Shown in pieces: positions 23,201-30,900 of a DNA stretch of 64,000 nucleotides. Position 1 is the first letter of the stretch. Every line of letters begins with the position of its first letter. The stretch comes from Auanema rhodensis. Lineage: Eukaryota; Animalia; Nematoda. A program made the translations under genes and the position numbers. The notes beneath the pieces are model-generated. The model did no database searches. It was not told where the DNA came from and saw only the letters and a list, made by a program, of their open reading frames with translations. The stretch is taken from NCBI GenBank assembly GCA_964057225.1, contig OZ059895.1, positions 12,772,001-12,836,000 on the forward strand, in the 5' to 3' direction.

Positions 23201-23457
23201 GAAAGGAGCTATTTGAGGACAGAAACAAAAACTCACCAGCAATCAAAAATTGGAACACTACACTTGCCGCAGCACTAGGAATAGGAAATGAAAACTCACG
23301 CCCGTATCATGTTAAACTACAACCCAAAAGAAAAACACAAGACGAAGAAATCAGAAGTAATGGAGAATTGGAACTACATGGAAAAGCGGATCAAAGCAAA
23401 AAGCAGCAGAATAAATCTCCAACGCAAAACAAAGGAGAACAAGTACGAAACTTTTAA
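14212..23457 (+). CDS. Gag-Env-Pol polyprotein (capsid, gB-like class III envelope, aspartic protease, RT, RNase H, integrase)
   Basis: Capsid-like region ~14960-15435; signal peptide ~15967-16023; furin RSRR 16771-16782; gB-like block ~18181-18470; TM ~18950-19030; LWDTGAS ~19324; YLDD 20641; RNase H ESDGS ~21082; IN HHCC/DDE ~21745-22260; GPY ~22645. First ATG at 14257. Confidence 0.95.
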   Translation: MAHVGYNKFPYRIPTMLPNTGPKPPLDPAATSNIIRRKRQPPATYSPPSAKQAKLSIKTKSMVIHTPRHRGIQKQFTNPKSHEKTKKQKTDIVERNTLEKKIIPNIKPIPKNIASKGNPQNPPTNTIPNTINPINPLIATPRRSNTPTTQKSPTPALSSTTPAVSSSPPLRNSPSSIDHSTSGHSLSPSLPSQTNQANTFVAENKRINPRMDPMDEGAPLTHTSGRAPVPTPTIIPQPAAIPSAIRDIKAPRYDGKTPFNRYLLYLDEHFNATRTTMPERLQSIQLLLEDDRAREAYRKLTTEDKRLGWDHVKKRLSEMITPKKQRERAMHRLHGLKQLPTESVQSFATRCSNEAYSAMDMNNESELNMLRSTFTWGLRPEISEHVSRLDPPNFEEAYEMALREELFIQNRPPSFVNNMEKSFNNLNIRDSKDNNQYQRNESKEFKGTKPMYNGNGKPHNRYPDRYNNQYRPHQHQYRNHNSRFSQNKGSRQNYFDRSRNRSQERPYYRNRDQNYSGHNNRRQSNNHEQYPSQYNRSQYNNYRSRPRSTSNGPERYRERTQSPGVRFQVNNVTENEVPNNKRKSTPFLPLFITIIALIINTCSAETTYQLCTGNRGGIYVEPPSPTACRSIAPTNNHIQKTTAELFIQNLQPKEWEAWKCAIETYQLCIHDVFFIRETNVSLAKVSPTTLQECSSAIKERIFNGTNLQREAPGLYGTPFPHTTITNGIWKQECEQRTRFIAERGHMTSLQDNTVLSDIFINDNGCTSDKGQCLTNNALIIWTPPSEKHSCSYTSLGSHEVFISEDTILIPGIQSAFILNNKTPEKEASSCLQKDIFTTNSGTLISFNSTSSLGRSRRHAITEYPKGFLTVHQYPSLRYSASKTGTILLYTTYIQRKRLDIHYNLNNITNMLPKYIAIFKYLGINFDVIKNRLIWHKYEDVNIAILHALGEAEIREATKIAIDNLSYKELTHKLSKRITIKDFKKILPTKTGDYYEIAKEIAYSLAEIPTTLATGETTPSLEEYLYQLMPPRKPRLTKTRNDLELYEQLAQAKIILNAINNPKKLHSKEEYEAEMKKWIKYEKELNLPPLQLPNYTVIFDGDDIFYGFRKRNPTNYSITQEDSEKFYNHYLPLISTPGTRPFATTIRSTSTPLQTTTTTTTTTPKPTTIRNVITSTITPKTHISTTTRPKPTIPTSSSTTTTTTTTTTTTSTTARPRSTTTTTPTTTTTIFTTHRPTQSFSTPQSTFNITTNPITITSSQEYNRKESLTKSPPPRTTKRSITTTRSTPEEISSHIGKKAHVDYLKAKNDIVQKWNEHLHQQETQSHLQYATTNLEDDIIRTFTTNRNNICHVQNKQLLTWWAILQINPTIGMRTMLRRQDISARFINDKLIYVMPCTPIQITKTYRDHKVNSTCFLETPVETEHHGQLFILPGTRDLTPMAHAIPCGFTIKDPWKENDQWTNNNQSINVTSPAYIDELGSINLEHIKFNGSNIFNNLTESTFPMALAISYGSSLATLQATLPGRIKPVIKQRLIPNMNPVTLTAGAASSLLLSYEHTKEAITWKMFDFLSPIWEKIQTWTLRVLAIIGSIIITIGIITLATWIIKIYACSSRIPINNVKWEAEYLQPLSTENTRTETSHPSPSAPYVDNHHNSCQLTLYDPSAPIPEHIYEAYFPTSMKKENINYIGGSQLPFVPISIHNHIFKALWDTGASASYMRESTFKQLPAATMVLKQTTAIVANKSKFSFMGYTRILITIGTTETEHKFYVAEDNYCPAPVLLGIDFMEALHQQGIYTSLRPLDKTIVIGTTHVPLARETSPWEHQTTKAYVVSLENKTLRPGETRTLTLEVHDPESYEQAFLDCKKPGNKLSFTPTIFTPTGYGVQIYATNICKQPLEIQMNQEIGIAEAIPKDNQEKYEGQYIPPEARWEEQLPYFPDNFINELDLSEACFSQIEQQQLKEIILLHKQAFLNEDRNIGLFLGPIEHSIPIMPGKTPSFKITYRIPLSQQEEVEKQIEEMLQQRIIEPSNSMTTSPVILVKKKDKTYRFVTDFRALNAITQKQVYVISNIQDILDLAAGARIFSNFDLVSGFFQIPLKKEDRHLTAFTTTSGTYQYCRMPMGLCGSPHTFQNAVRYLQSMVKCKLFVYLDDLLLISESTTAHLKDIEEVLEAVTQIGFKIKLKKCAFARKEVKFLGYIVGQEGIKPDPHKIKAIQDYPQPKSTTGVRAFMGVVNYFRRFIKNAAGIATPLYNLTRKDTPFKWTEEEEIAFNTLKKTLTQAPVLQAPIPKRPYVIESDGSMIAVGAVLLQAKDDQEPLHPIAFASRKLNKAERNYPPIEVEALALTFAVKQFRTYILGTATKIITDHRPLTSLMTRKDLIGRLAKFQIVLQEYDIEIIYRPGKLNSVCDALSRYFEDEINEAKPPAKKKNERKTTEDTIHQINTFTIADIRSVQNQSNWIKETMDKIKNNTAGRQLTDRYIVYNDVLYSKPKRSLQVPRTILPREEHIINPIMKKFHEDPTLGAHLGINKTMDSISRRFTWTGMQEDITNYINRCLACAKRKNNPHEATVEPMKNFPTSTKPWQRIHMDILGPLPRTEQENRYVLSIQDSFSKWIIAIPLIRQTSEEIISAIEKYLFYVFGPPVTIITDNGSNFISNDFTTMCSNFGTTHHTTMPYYKNANGQVERLHRTIEEALTAYVNDEQNDWDKILPKIIFTLNRLPNATTKTSPYECLFGQVARLPIDKNLETPEEQNITDQLKNLRDIQEKVKEKIATNEERMKQKYDQAHRTKERILDIGDRVFVQRANPSNKLQIRRDGPYRIVTIEGNNISITDQDGNIIKAHKNNIRYFPPDDNLISTRNNEEEEEEDQDIANEEEEEEEASWNNLDEWEQTNNTENNNNCYPTGSPDTLAQLLPITGNNRGINEEEIEHNSETPDDLATARRITNSNIQLENESTTIDRIQEDLRQLTPFSQEEGPNQNDIENNNAKTYEKLRDQFKNENRKELFEDRNKNSPAIKNWNTTLAAALGIGNENSRPYHVKLQPKRKTQDEEIRSNGELELHGKADQSKKQQNKSPTQNKGEQVRNF
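15967..19030 (+). other. Envelope glycoprotein domain embedded in the family A polyprotein
   Basis: Hydrophobic signal peptide, Cys-rich ectodomain with N-x-S/T sequons, furin site, Thr-rich mucin-like segment, LQY…C-x-x-QN…W…NP…AR…C-x-P…C-F-x-x-x-PV motif series, TM helix. Confidence 0.85.
17665..17905 (+). repeat. ACT/ACA/ACC codon repeats encoding a poly-Thr mucin-like stretch
   Basis: (act)n and (aca)n runs; the protein reads TTTTTTTTTTTT. Confidence 0.85.
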
Positions 23458-23660
23458 TTAACTAACAAAAATCGTAGAATTGTAAAAATAATTTTTCTTT
23501 CTTTCGTATAGTACATTAAACATAAGACATAGATCAAAAACCACCGAAATTCTAATTTCTATCCTTTAATTTTAACAAATTGTAACAATCACTGAAAAAC
23601 AAACTATATAAAGAGAAAATTTTGATAGAGAAAAATTCAATAACACTTTTCTTACTCAAA

Positions 23661-24305
23661 ATGACCTCCTCTCTCGCCAACGTCACACTCTCTACATTCC
23701 TCGCAACTCCAACACCACTGGTCCCTCTAGCGACCACTATTGAACAAGAATGGATAGAGGTAGAAAACCTTCGTGAAGGTCTTCTACCTATCAACTGCAT
23801 GAAGCCCAACTTAGGACCAATAATAAGCCTCCAAACGAGCAAATTGGAAAAGAAGACACAGCACATCCTATTTATGATGGAACTATTGGAGGAGAAAACC
23901 AAAAACTATAAGGAAAACGATCTGAAGGAGCTTCGCCAGCATCAAAAGAAATGGACAGAAGGATGTTCTCTCAGCCAGAAAGAGAACAGAATCCGACACA
24001 TAATGCTGGGACAACCCGCCAGAACGCAGACCACAGCTGACATCTACAAAGCAATGCCGACGTGGACAACACAGATGACACAACAAGCTGTAGGAAATAG
24101 CGGAACCGAAGAAGAAGCATCGTGGATAGAGATAGGGCAAGACCTATCAGTAGTAATCGAAAAACTACTGACAAAAAGGACTACCAACACGTCCGCATCA
24201 AAAAGTAAGGCAAAAGCAGTTAGCCAAACCATCAGAACAATGGAGCTGCTTGGACTAGCATCAATGACGGAAATGATCCAGGAAATTGACCAACTGGCGG
24301 ATTAA
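23661..24305 (+). CDS. Extra ORF 3' of pol in family A (~214 aa from ATG, unknown function, helical and charged)
   Basis: aaaATG at 23661; A-rich codon usage like the main ORF; lies between the pol stop and the 3' LTR; no obvious signal peptide or TM. Confidence 0.7.
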   Translation: MTSSLANVTLSTFLATPTPLVPLATTIEQEWIEVENLREGLLPINCMKPNLGPIISLQTSKLEKKTQHILFMMELLEEKTKNYKENDLKELRQHQKKWTEGCSLSQKENRIRHIMLGQPARTQTTADIYKAMPTWTTQMTQQAVGNSGTEEEASWIEIGQDLSVVIEKLLTKRTTNTSASKSKAKAVSQTIRTMELLGLASMTEMIQEIDQLAD

Positions 24306-24504
24306 AGAAGAGAGGAAAGGTTTAAATCATTTATAAAATTCTATCTCTTAAAATTTTTCTCTTTATCAATAGTTTGTTGAAAAAAAAAAAAAAAAATTTT
24401 TTGCTTTATCTCATGCCATTTTATTTTTTTTATTTTAATTTTTATTTTTCTCTCTTAATTATTATTTGCATATAACAGCTGAGGTCAGCTGACTTGTATC
24501 CGTT

Positions 24505-24510
24505 GGGGCA
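24505..24510 (+). promoter_or_regulatory. Minimal polypurine-tract position of family A (GGGGCA)
   Basis: Abuts the 3' LTR; family B has the same GGGCA ending; unusually short. Confidence 0.5.
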
Positions 24511-24927
24511 TGTTACATACATATCTCAAAGGAAAGCAGCTGACCATGGCAGCTGCTATTATTAAACTAATGCAGATAGTTTTTAAGCAATTCTGAGAAT
24601 ATTCTAGATGCACTTTTTATAAGCTTTGTAACAATTTGTGTAAACTGAGTAGGAGTTGTATGGATATATAAACCTGAGTCCTCAAGACTCAGGCATCTCA
24701 TTATCTTATTATCTTACTTTCTCTTTATCTTCTTTATATTCTCTTTCTTAACTCTAGCTTAAATCTTTGTATAATTATATTATAATGCGAACAATAAACC
24801 TTTATATATTTGATTTCTTGTTTCTTATTTCACCTTACATTACACACTTATATTTAAAATCATACTCATCTTCTCATAGTCTGTTTGGATCTCTCAACTT
24901 GGAACCATTGAGAATCTAAATGGAACG
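24511..24927 (+). repeat. Family A 3' LTR (417 bp)
   Basis: Identical by eye to 12596-13012. Confidence 0.97.
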
Positions 24928-27900
24928 TGGAAAAAAAACAATAACGAGGATAAGTATGTAAATCATTGAATATCAGGTATTTTCGCTTACGACCATACCA
25001 CGTTGAAAGTACGCCATCCCGTCCGATCTGGCAAGTCAAGCAACGTTGGGCCCGGTTAGTACTTGGATCGGAGACGGCTTGGGAATCCCGGGTGCCGTAA
25101 GCTTTTCAAATTTTTTTAACGATCATACCACGTTGAAAGTACGCCATGCAGCTGATTTTCAATTTTATCTCTTCAGTAACAAATGTTTTTAATTTTCCAG
25201 CAGTTTTACTTAGATAGCTCAACCCAAGGCATCAAAATATCTTCAATCTTATTTCTATATTACAGTTATAAACCAGTAGTTTATGAACCTTCATCTTAAC
25301 TTTACTGTTTCTATCTATTTCCTATTGAAACAAACATTGTTTTAACACTATACAACTGTGAAACCTTTTTTAATTTATTGTATTTGGAGCTCATAAGATT
25401 TGATATCATCGAGGAATTTAGATGTAACGTAGAAAATTACATAACTAACATGAAATTGGAAAAAAAACAATAAGGAGGATAAGTATGTAAATCATTGAAT
25501 ATCAGGTATTTTCGCTTACGACCATACCACGTTGAAAGTACGCCATCCCGTCCGATCTGGCAAGTCAAGCAACGTTGGGCCCGGTTAGTACTTGGATCGG
25601 AGACGGCTTGGGAATCCCGGGTGCCGTAAGCTTTTCAAATTTTTTTAACGATCATACCACGTTGAAAGTACGCCATGCAGCTGATTTTCAATTTTATCTC
25701 TTCAGTAACAAATGTTTTTAATTTTCCAGCAGTTTTACTTAGATAGCTCAACCCAAGGCATCAAAATATCTTCAATCTTATTTCTATATTACAGTTATAA
25801 ACCAGTAGTTTATGAACCTTCATCTTAACTTTACTGTTTCTATCTATTTCCTATTGAAACAAACATTGTTTTAACACTATACAACTGTGAAACCTTTTTT
25901 AATTTATTGTATTTGGAGCTCATAAGATTTGATATCATCGAGGAATTTAGATGTAACGTAGAAAATTACATAACTAACATGAAATTGGAAAAAAAACAAT
26001 AACGAGGATAAGTATGTAAATCATTGAATATCAGGTATTTTCGCTTACGACCATACCACGTTGAAAGTACGCCATCCCGTCCGATCTGGCAAGTCAAGCA
26101 ACGTTGGGCCCGGTTAGTACTTGGATCGGAGACGGCTTGGGAATCCCGGGTGCCGTAAGCTTTTCAAATTTTTTTAACGATCATACCACGTTGAAAGTAC
26201 GCCATGCAGCTGATTTTCAATTTTATCTCTTCAGTAACAAATGTTTTTAATTTTCCAGCAGTTTTACTTAGATAGCTCAACCCAAGGCATCAAAATATCT
26301 TCAATCTTATTTCTATATTACAGTTATAAACCAGTAGTTTATGAACCTTCATCTTAACTTTACTGTTTCTATCTATTTCCTATTGAAACAAACATTGTTT
26401 TAACACTATACAACTGTGAAACCTTTTTTAATTTATTGTATTTGGAGCTCATAAGATTTGATATCATCGAGGAATTTAGATGTAACGTAGAAAATTACAT
26501 AACTAACATGAAATTGGAAAAAAAACAATAACGAGGATAAGTATGTAAATCATTGAATATCAGGTATTTTCGCTTACGACCATACCACGTTGAAAGTACG
26601 CCATCCCGTCCGATCTGGCAAGTCAAGCAACGTTGGGCCCGGTTAGTACTTGGATCGGAGACGGCTTGGGAATCCCGGGTGCCGTAAGCTTTTCAAATTT
26701 TTTTAACGATCATACCACGTTGAAAGTACGCCATGCAGCTGATTTTCAATTTTATCTCTTCAGTAACAAATGTTTTTAATTTTCCAGCAGTTTTACTTAG
26801 ATAGCTCAACCCAAGGCATCAAAATATTTTCAATCTTATTTCTATATTACAGTTATAAACCAGTAGTTTATGAACCTTCATCTTAACTTTACTGTTTCTA
26901 TCTATTTCCTATTGAAACAAACATTGTTTTAACACTATACAACTGTGAAACCTTTTTTAATTTATTGTATTTGGAGCTCATAAGATTTGATATCATCGAG
27001 GAATTTAGATGTAACGTAGAAAATTACATAACTAACATGAAATTGGAAAAAAAACAATAACGAGGATAAGTATGTAAATCATTGAATATCAGATTTTTTC
27101 GCTTACGACCATACCACGTTGAAAGTACGCCATCCCGTCCGATCTGGCAAGTCAAGCAACGTTGGGCCCGGTTAGTACTTGGATCGGAGACGGCTTGGGA
27201 ATCCCGGGTGCCGTAAGCTTTTCAAATTTTTTTAACGATCATACCACGTTGAAAGTACGCCATGCAGCTGATTTTCAATTTTATCTCTTCAGTAACAAAT
27301 GTTTTTAATTTTCCAGCAGTTTTACTTAGATAGCTCAACCCAAGGCATCAAAATATCTTCAATCTTATTTCTATATTACAGTTATAAACCAGTAGTTTAT
27401 GAACCTTCATCTTAACTTTACTGTTTCTATCTATTTCCTATTGAAACAAACATTGTTTTAACACTATACAACTGTGAAACCTTTTTTAATTTATTGTATT
27501 TGGAGCTCATAAGATTTGATATCATCGAGGAATTTAGATGTAACGTAGAAAATTACATAACTAACATGAAATTGGAAAAAAAACAATAACGAGGATAAGT
27601 ATGTAAATCATTGAATATCAGGTATTTTCGCTTACGACCATACCACGTTGAAAGTACGCCATCCCGTCCGATCTGGCAAGTGAAGCAACGTTGGGCCCGG
27701 TTAGTACTTGGATCGGAGACGGCTTGGGAATCCCGGGTGCCGTAAGCTTTTCAAATTTTTTTAACGATCATACCACGTTGAAAGTACGCCATGCAGCTGA
27801 TTTTCAATTTTATCTCTTCAGTAACAAATGTTTTTAATTTTCCAGCAGTTTTACTTAGATAGCTCAACCCAAGGCATCAAAATATCTTCAATCTTATTTC

Positions 27901-30900
27901 TATATTACAGTTATAAACCAGTAGTTTATGAACCTTCATCTTAACTTTACTGTTTCTATCTATTTCCTATTGAAACAAACATTGTTTTAACACTATACAA
28001 CTGTGAAACCTTTTTTAATTTATTGTATTTGGAGCTCATAAGATTTGATATCATCGAGGAATTTAGATGTAACGTAGAAAATTACATAACTAACATGAAA
28101 TTGAAAAAAAACAATAACGAGGATAAGTATGTAAATCATTGAATATCAGATTTTTTCGCTTACGACCATACCACGTTGAAAGTACGCCATGCAGCTGATT
28201 TTCAATTTTATCTCTTCAGTAACAAATGTTTTTAATTTTCCAGCAGTTTTACTTAGATAGCTCAACCCAAGGCATCAAAATATCTTCAATCTTATTTCTA
28301 TATTACAGTTATAAACCAGTAGTTTATGAACCTTCATCTTAACTTTACTGTTTCTATCTATTTCCTATTGAAACAAACATTGTTTTAACACTATACAACT
28401 GTGAAACCTTTTTTAATTTATTGTATTTGGAGCTCATAAGATTTGATATCATCGAGGAATTTAGATGTAACGTAGAAAATTACATAACTAACATGAAATT
28501 GGAAAAAAAACAATAACGAGGATAAGTATGTAAATCATTGAATATCAGGTATTTTCGCTTACGACCATACCACGTTGAAAGTACGCCATCCCGTCCGATC
28601 TGGCAAGTCAAGCAACGTTGGGCCCGGTTAGTACTTGGATCGGAGACGGCTTGGGAATCCCGGGTGCCGTAAGCTTTTCAAATTTTTTTAACGATCATAC
28701 CACGTTGAAAGTACGCCATGCAGCTGATTTTCAATTTTATCTCTTCAGTAACAAATGTTTTTAATTTTCCAGCAGTTTTACTTAGATAGCTCAACCCAAG
28801 GCATCAAAATATCTTCAATCTTATTTCTATATTACAGTTATAAACCAGTAGTTTATGAACCTTCATCTTAACTTTACTGTTTCTATCTATTTCCTATTGA
28901 AACAAACATTGTTTTAACACTATACAACTGTGAAACCTTTTTTAATTTATTGTATTTGGAGCTCATAAGATTTGATATCATCGAGGAATTTAGATGTAAC
29001 GTAGAAAATTACATAACTAACATGAAATTGGAAAAAAAACAATAACGAGGATAAGTATGTAAATCATTGAATATCAGATTTTTTCGCTTACGACCATACC
29101 ACGTTGAAAGTACGCCATCCCGTCCGATCTGGCAAGTCAAGCAACGTTGGGCCCGGTTAGTACTTGGATCGGAGACGGCTTGGGAATCCCGGGTGCCGTA
29201 AGCTTTTCAAATTTTTTTAACGATCATACCACGTTGAAAGTACGCCATGCAGCTGATTTTCAATTTTATCTCTTCAGTAACAAATGTTTTTAATTTTCCA
29301 GCAGTTTTACTTAGATAGCTCAACCCAAGGCATCAAAATATCTTCAATCTTATTTCTATATTACAGTTATAAACCAGTAGTTTATGAACCTTCATCTTAA
29401 CTTTACTGTTTCTATCTATTTCCTATTGAAACAAACATTGTTTTAACACTATACAACTGTGAAACCTTTTTTAATTTATTGTATTTGGAGCTCATAAGAT
29501 TTGATATCATCGAGGAATTTAGATGTAACGTAGAAAATTACATAACTAACATGAAATTGGAAAAAAAACAATAACGAGGATAAGTATGTAAATCATTGAA
29601 TATCAGGTATTTTCGCTTACGACCATACCACGTTGAAAGTACGCCATCCCGTCCGATCTGGCAAGTCAAGCAACGTTGGGCCCGGTTAGTACTTGGATCG
29701 GAGACGGCTTGGGAATCCCGGGTGCCGTAAGCTTTTCAAATTTTTTTAACGATCATACCACGTTGAAAGTACGCCATGCAGCTGATTTTCAATTTTATCT
29801 CTTCAGTAACAAATGTTTTTAATTTTCCAGCAGTTTTACTTAGATAGCTCAACCCAAGGCATCAAAATATCTTCAATCTTATTTCTATATTACAGTTATA
29901 AACCAGTAGTTTATGAACCTTCATCTTAACTTTACTGTTTCTATCTATTTCCTATTGAAACAAACATTGTTTTAACACTATACAACTGTGAAACCTTTTT
30001 TAATTTATTGTATTTGGAGCTCATAAGATTTGATATCATCGAGGAATTTAGATGTAACGTAGAAAATTACATAACTAACATGAAATTGGAAAAAAAACAA
30101 TAACGAGGATAAGTATGTAAATCATTGAATATCAGGTATTTTCGCTTACGACCATACCACGTTGAAAGTACGCCATCCCGTCCGATCTGGCAAGTGAAGC
30201 AACGTTGGGCCCGGTTAGTACTTGGATCGGAGACGGCTTGGGAATCCCGGGTGCCGTAAGCTTTTCAAATTTTTTTAACGATCATACCACGTTGAAAGTA
30301 CGCCATGCAGCTGATTTTCAATTTTATCTCTTCAGTAACAAATGTTTTTAATTTTCCAGCAGTTTTACTTAGATAGCTCAACCCAAGGCATCAAAATATC
30401 TTCAATCTTATTTCTATATTACAGTTATAAACCAGTAGTTTATGAACCTTCATCTTAACTTTACTGTTTCTATCTATTTCCTATTGAAACAAACATTGTT
30501 TTAACACTATACAACTGTGAAACCTTTTTTAATTTATTGTATTTGGAGCTCATAAGATTTGATATCATCGAGGAATTTAGATGTAACGTAGAAAATTACA
30601 TAACTAACATGAAATTGAAAAAAAACAATAACGAGGATAAGTATGTAAATCATTGAATATCAGATTTTTTCGCTTACGACCATACCACGTTGAAAGTACG
30701 CCATGCAGCTGATTTTCAATTTTATCTCTTCAGTAACAAATGTTTTTAATTTTCCAGCAGTTTTACTTAGATAGCTCAACCCAAGGCATCAAAATATCTT
30801 CAATCTTATTTCTATATTACAGTTATAAACCAGTAGTTTATGAACCTTCATCTTAACTTTACTGTTTCTATCTATTTCCTATTGAAACAAACATTGTTTT

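Larger units (their letters stand above)
12596..24927 (+). mobile_element. Family A Ty3/gypsy LTR retroelement, full length (12,332 bp), gag-env-pol order
   Basis: Two 417-bp LTRs with no differences seen; TSD TGGA (12592-12595 / 24928-24931); PBS; PR-RT-RH-IN order with GPY motif. Confidence 0.97.

Noticed and set aside
12596-24927. Assignment to BEL/Pao (the usual env-bearing nematode elements) or to a named element such as Cer1
   Set aside because: RT, RNase H and IN motifs (DFRALN, MPMGL, YLDD, GPY), the 4-bp TSD and the lack of triple zinc knuckles fit Ty3/gypsy; I cannot support identity with any named element.
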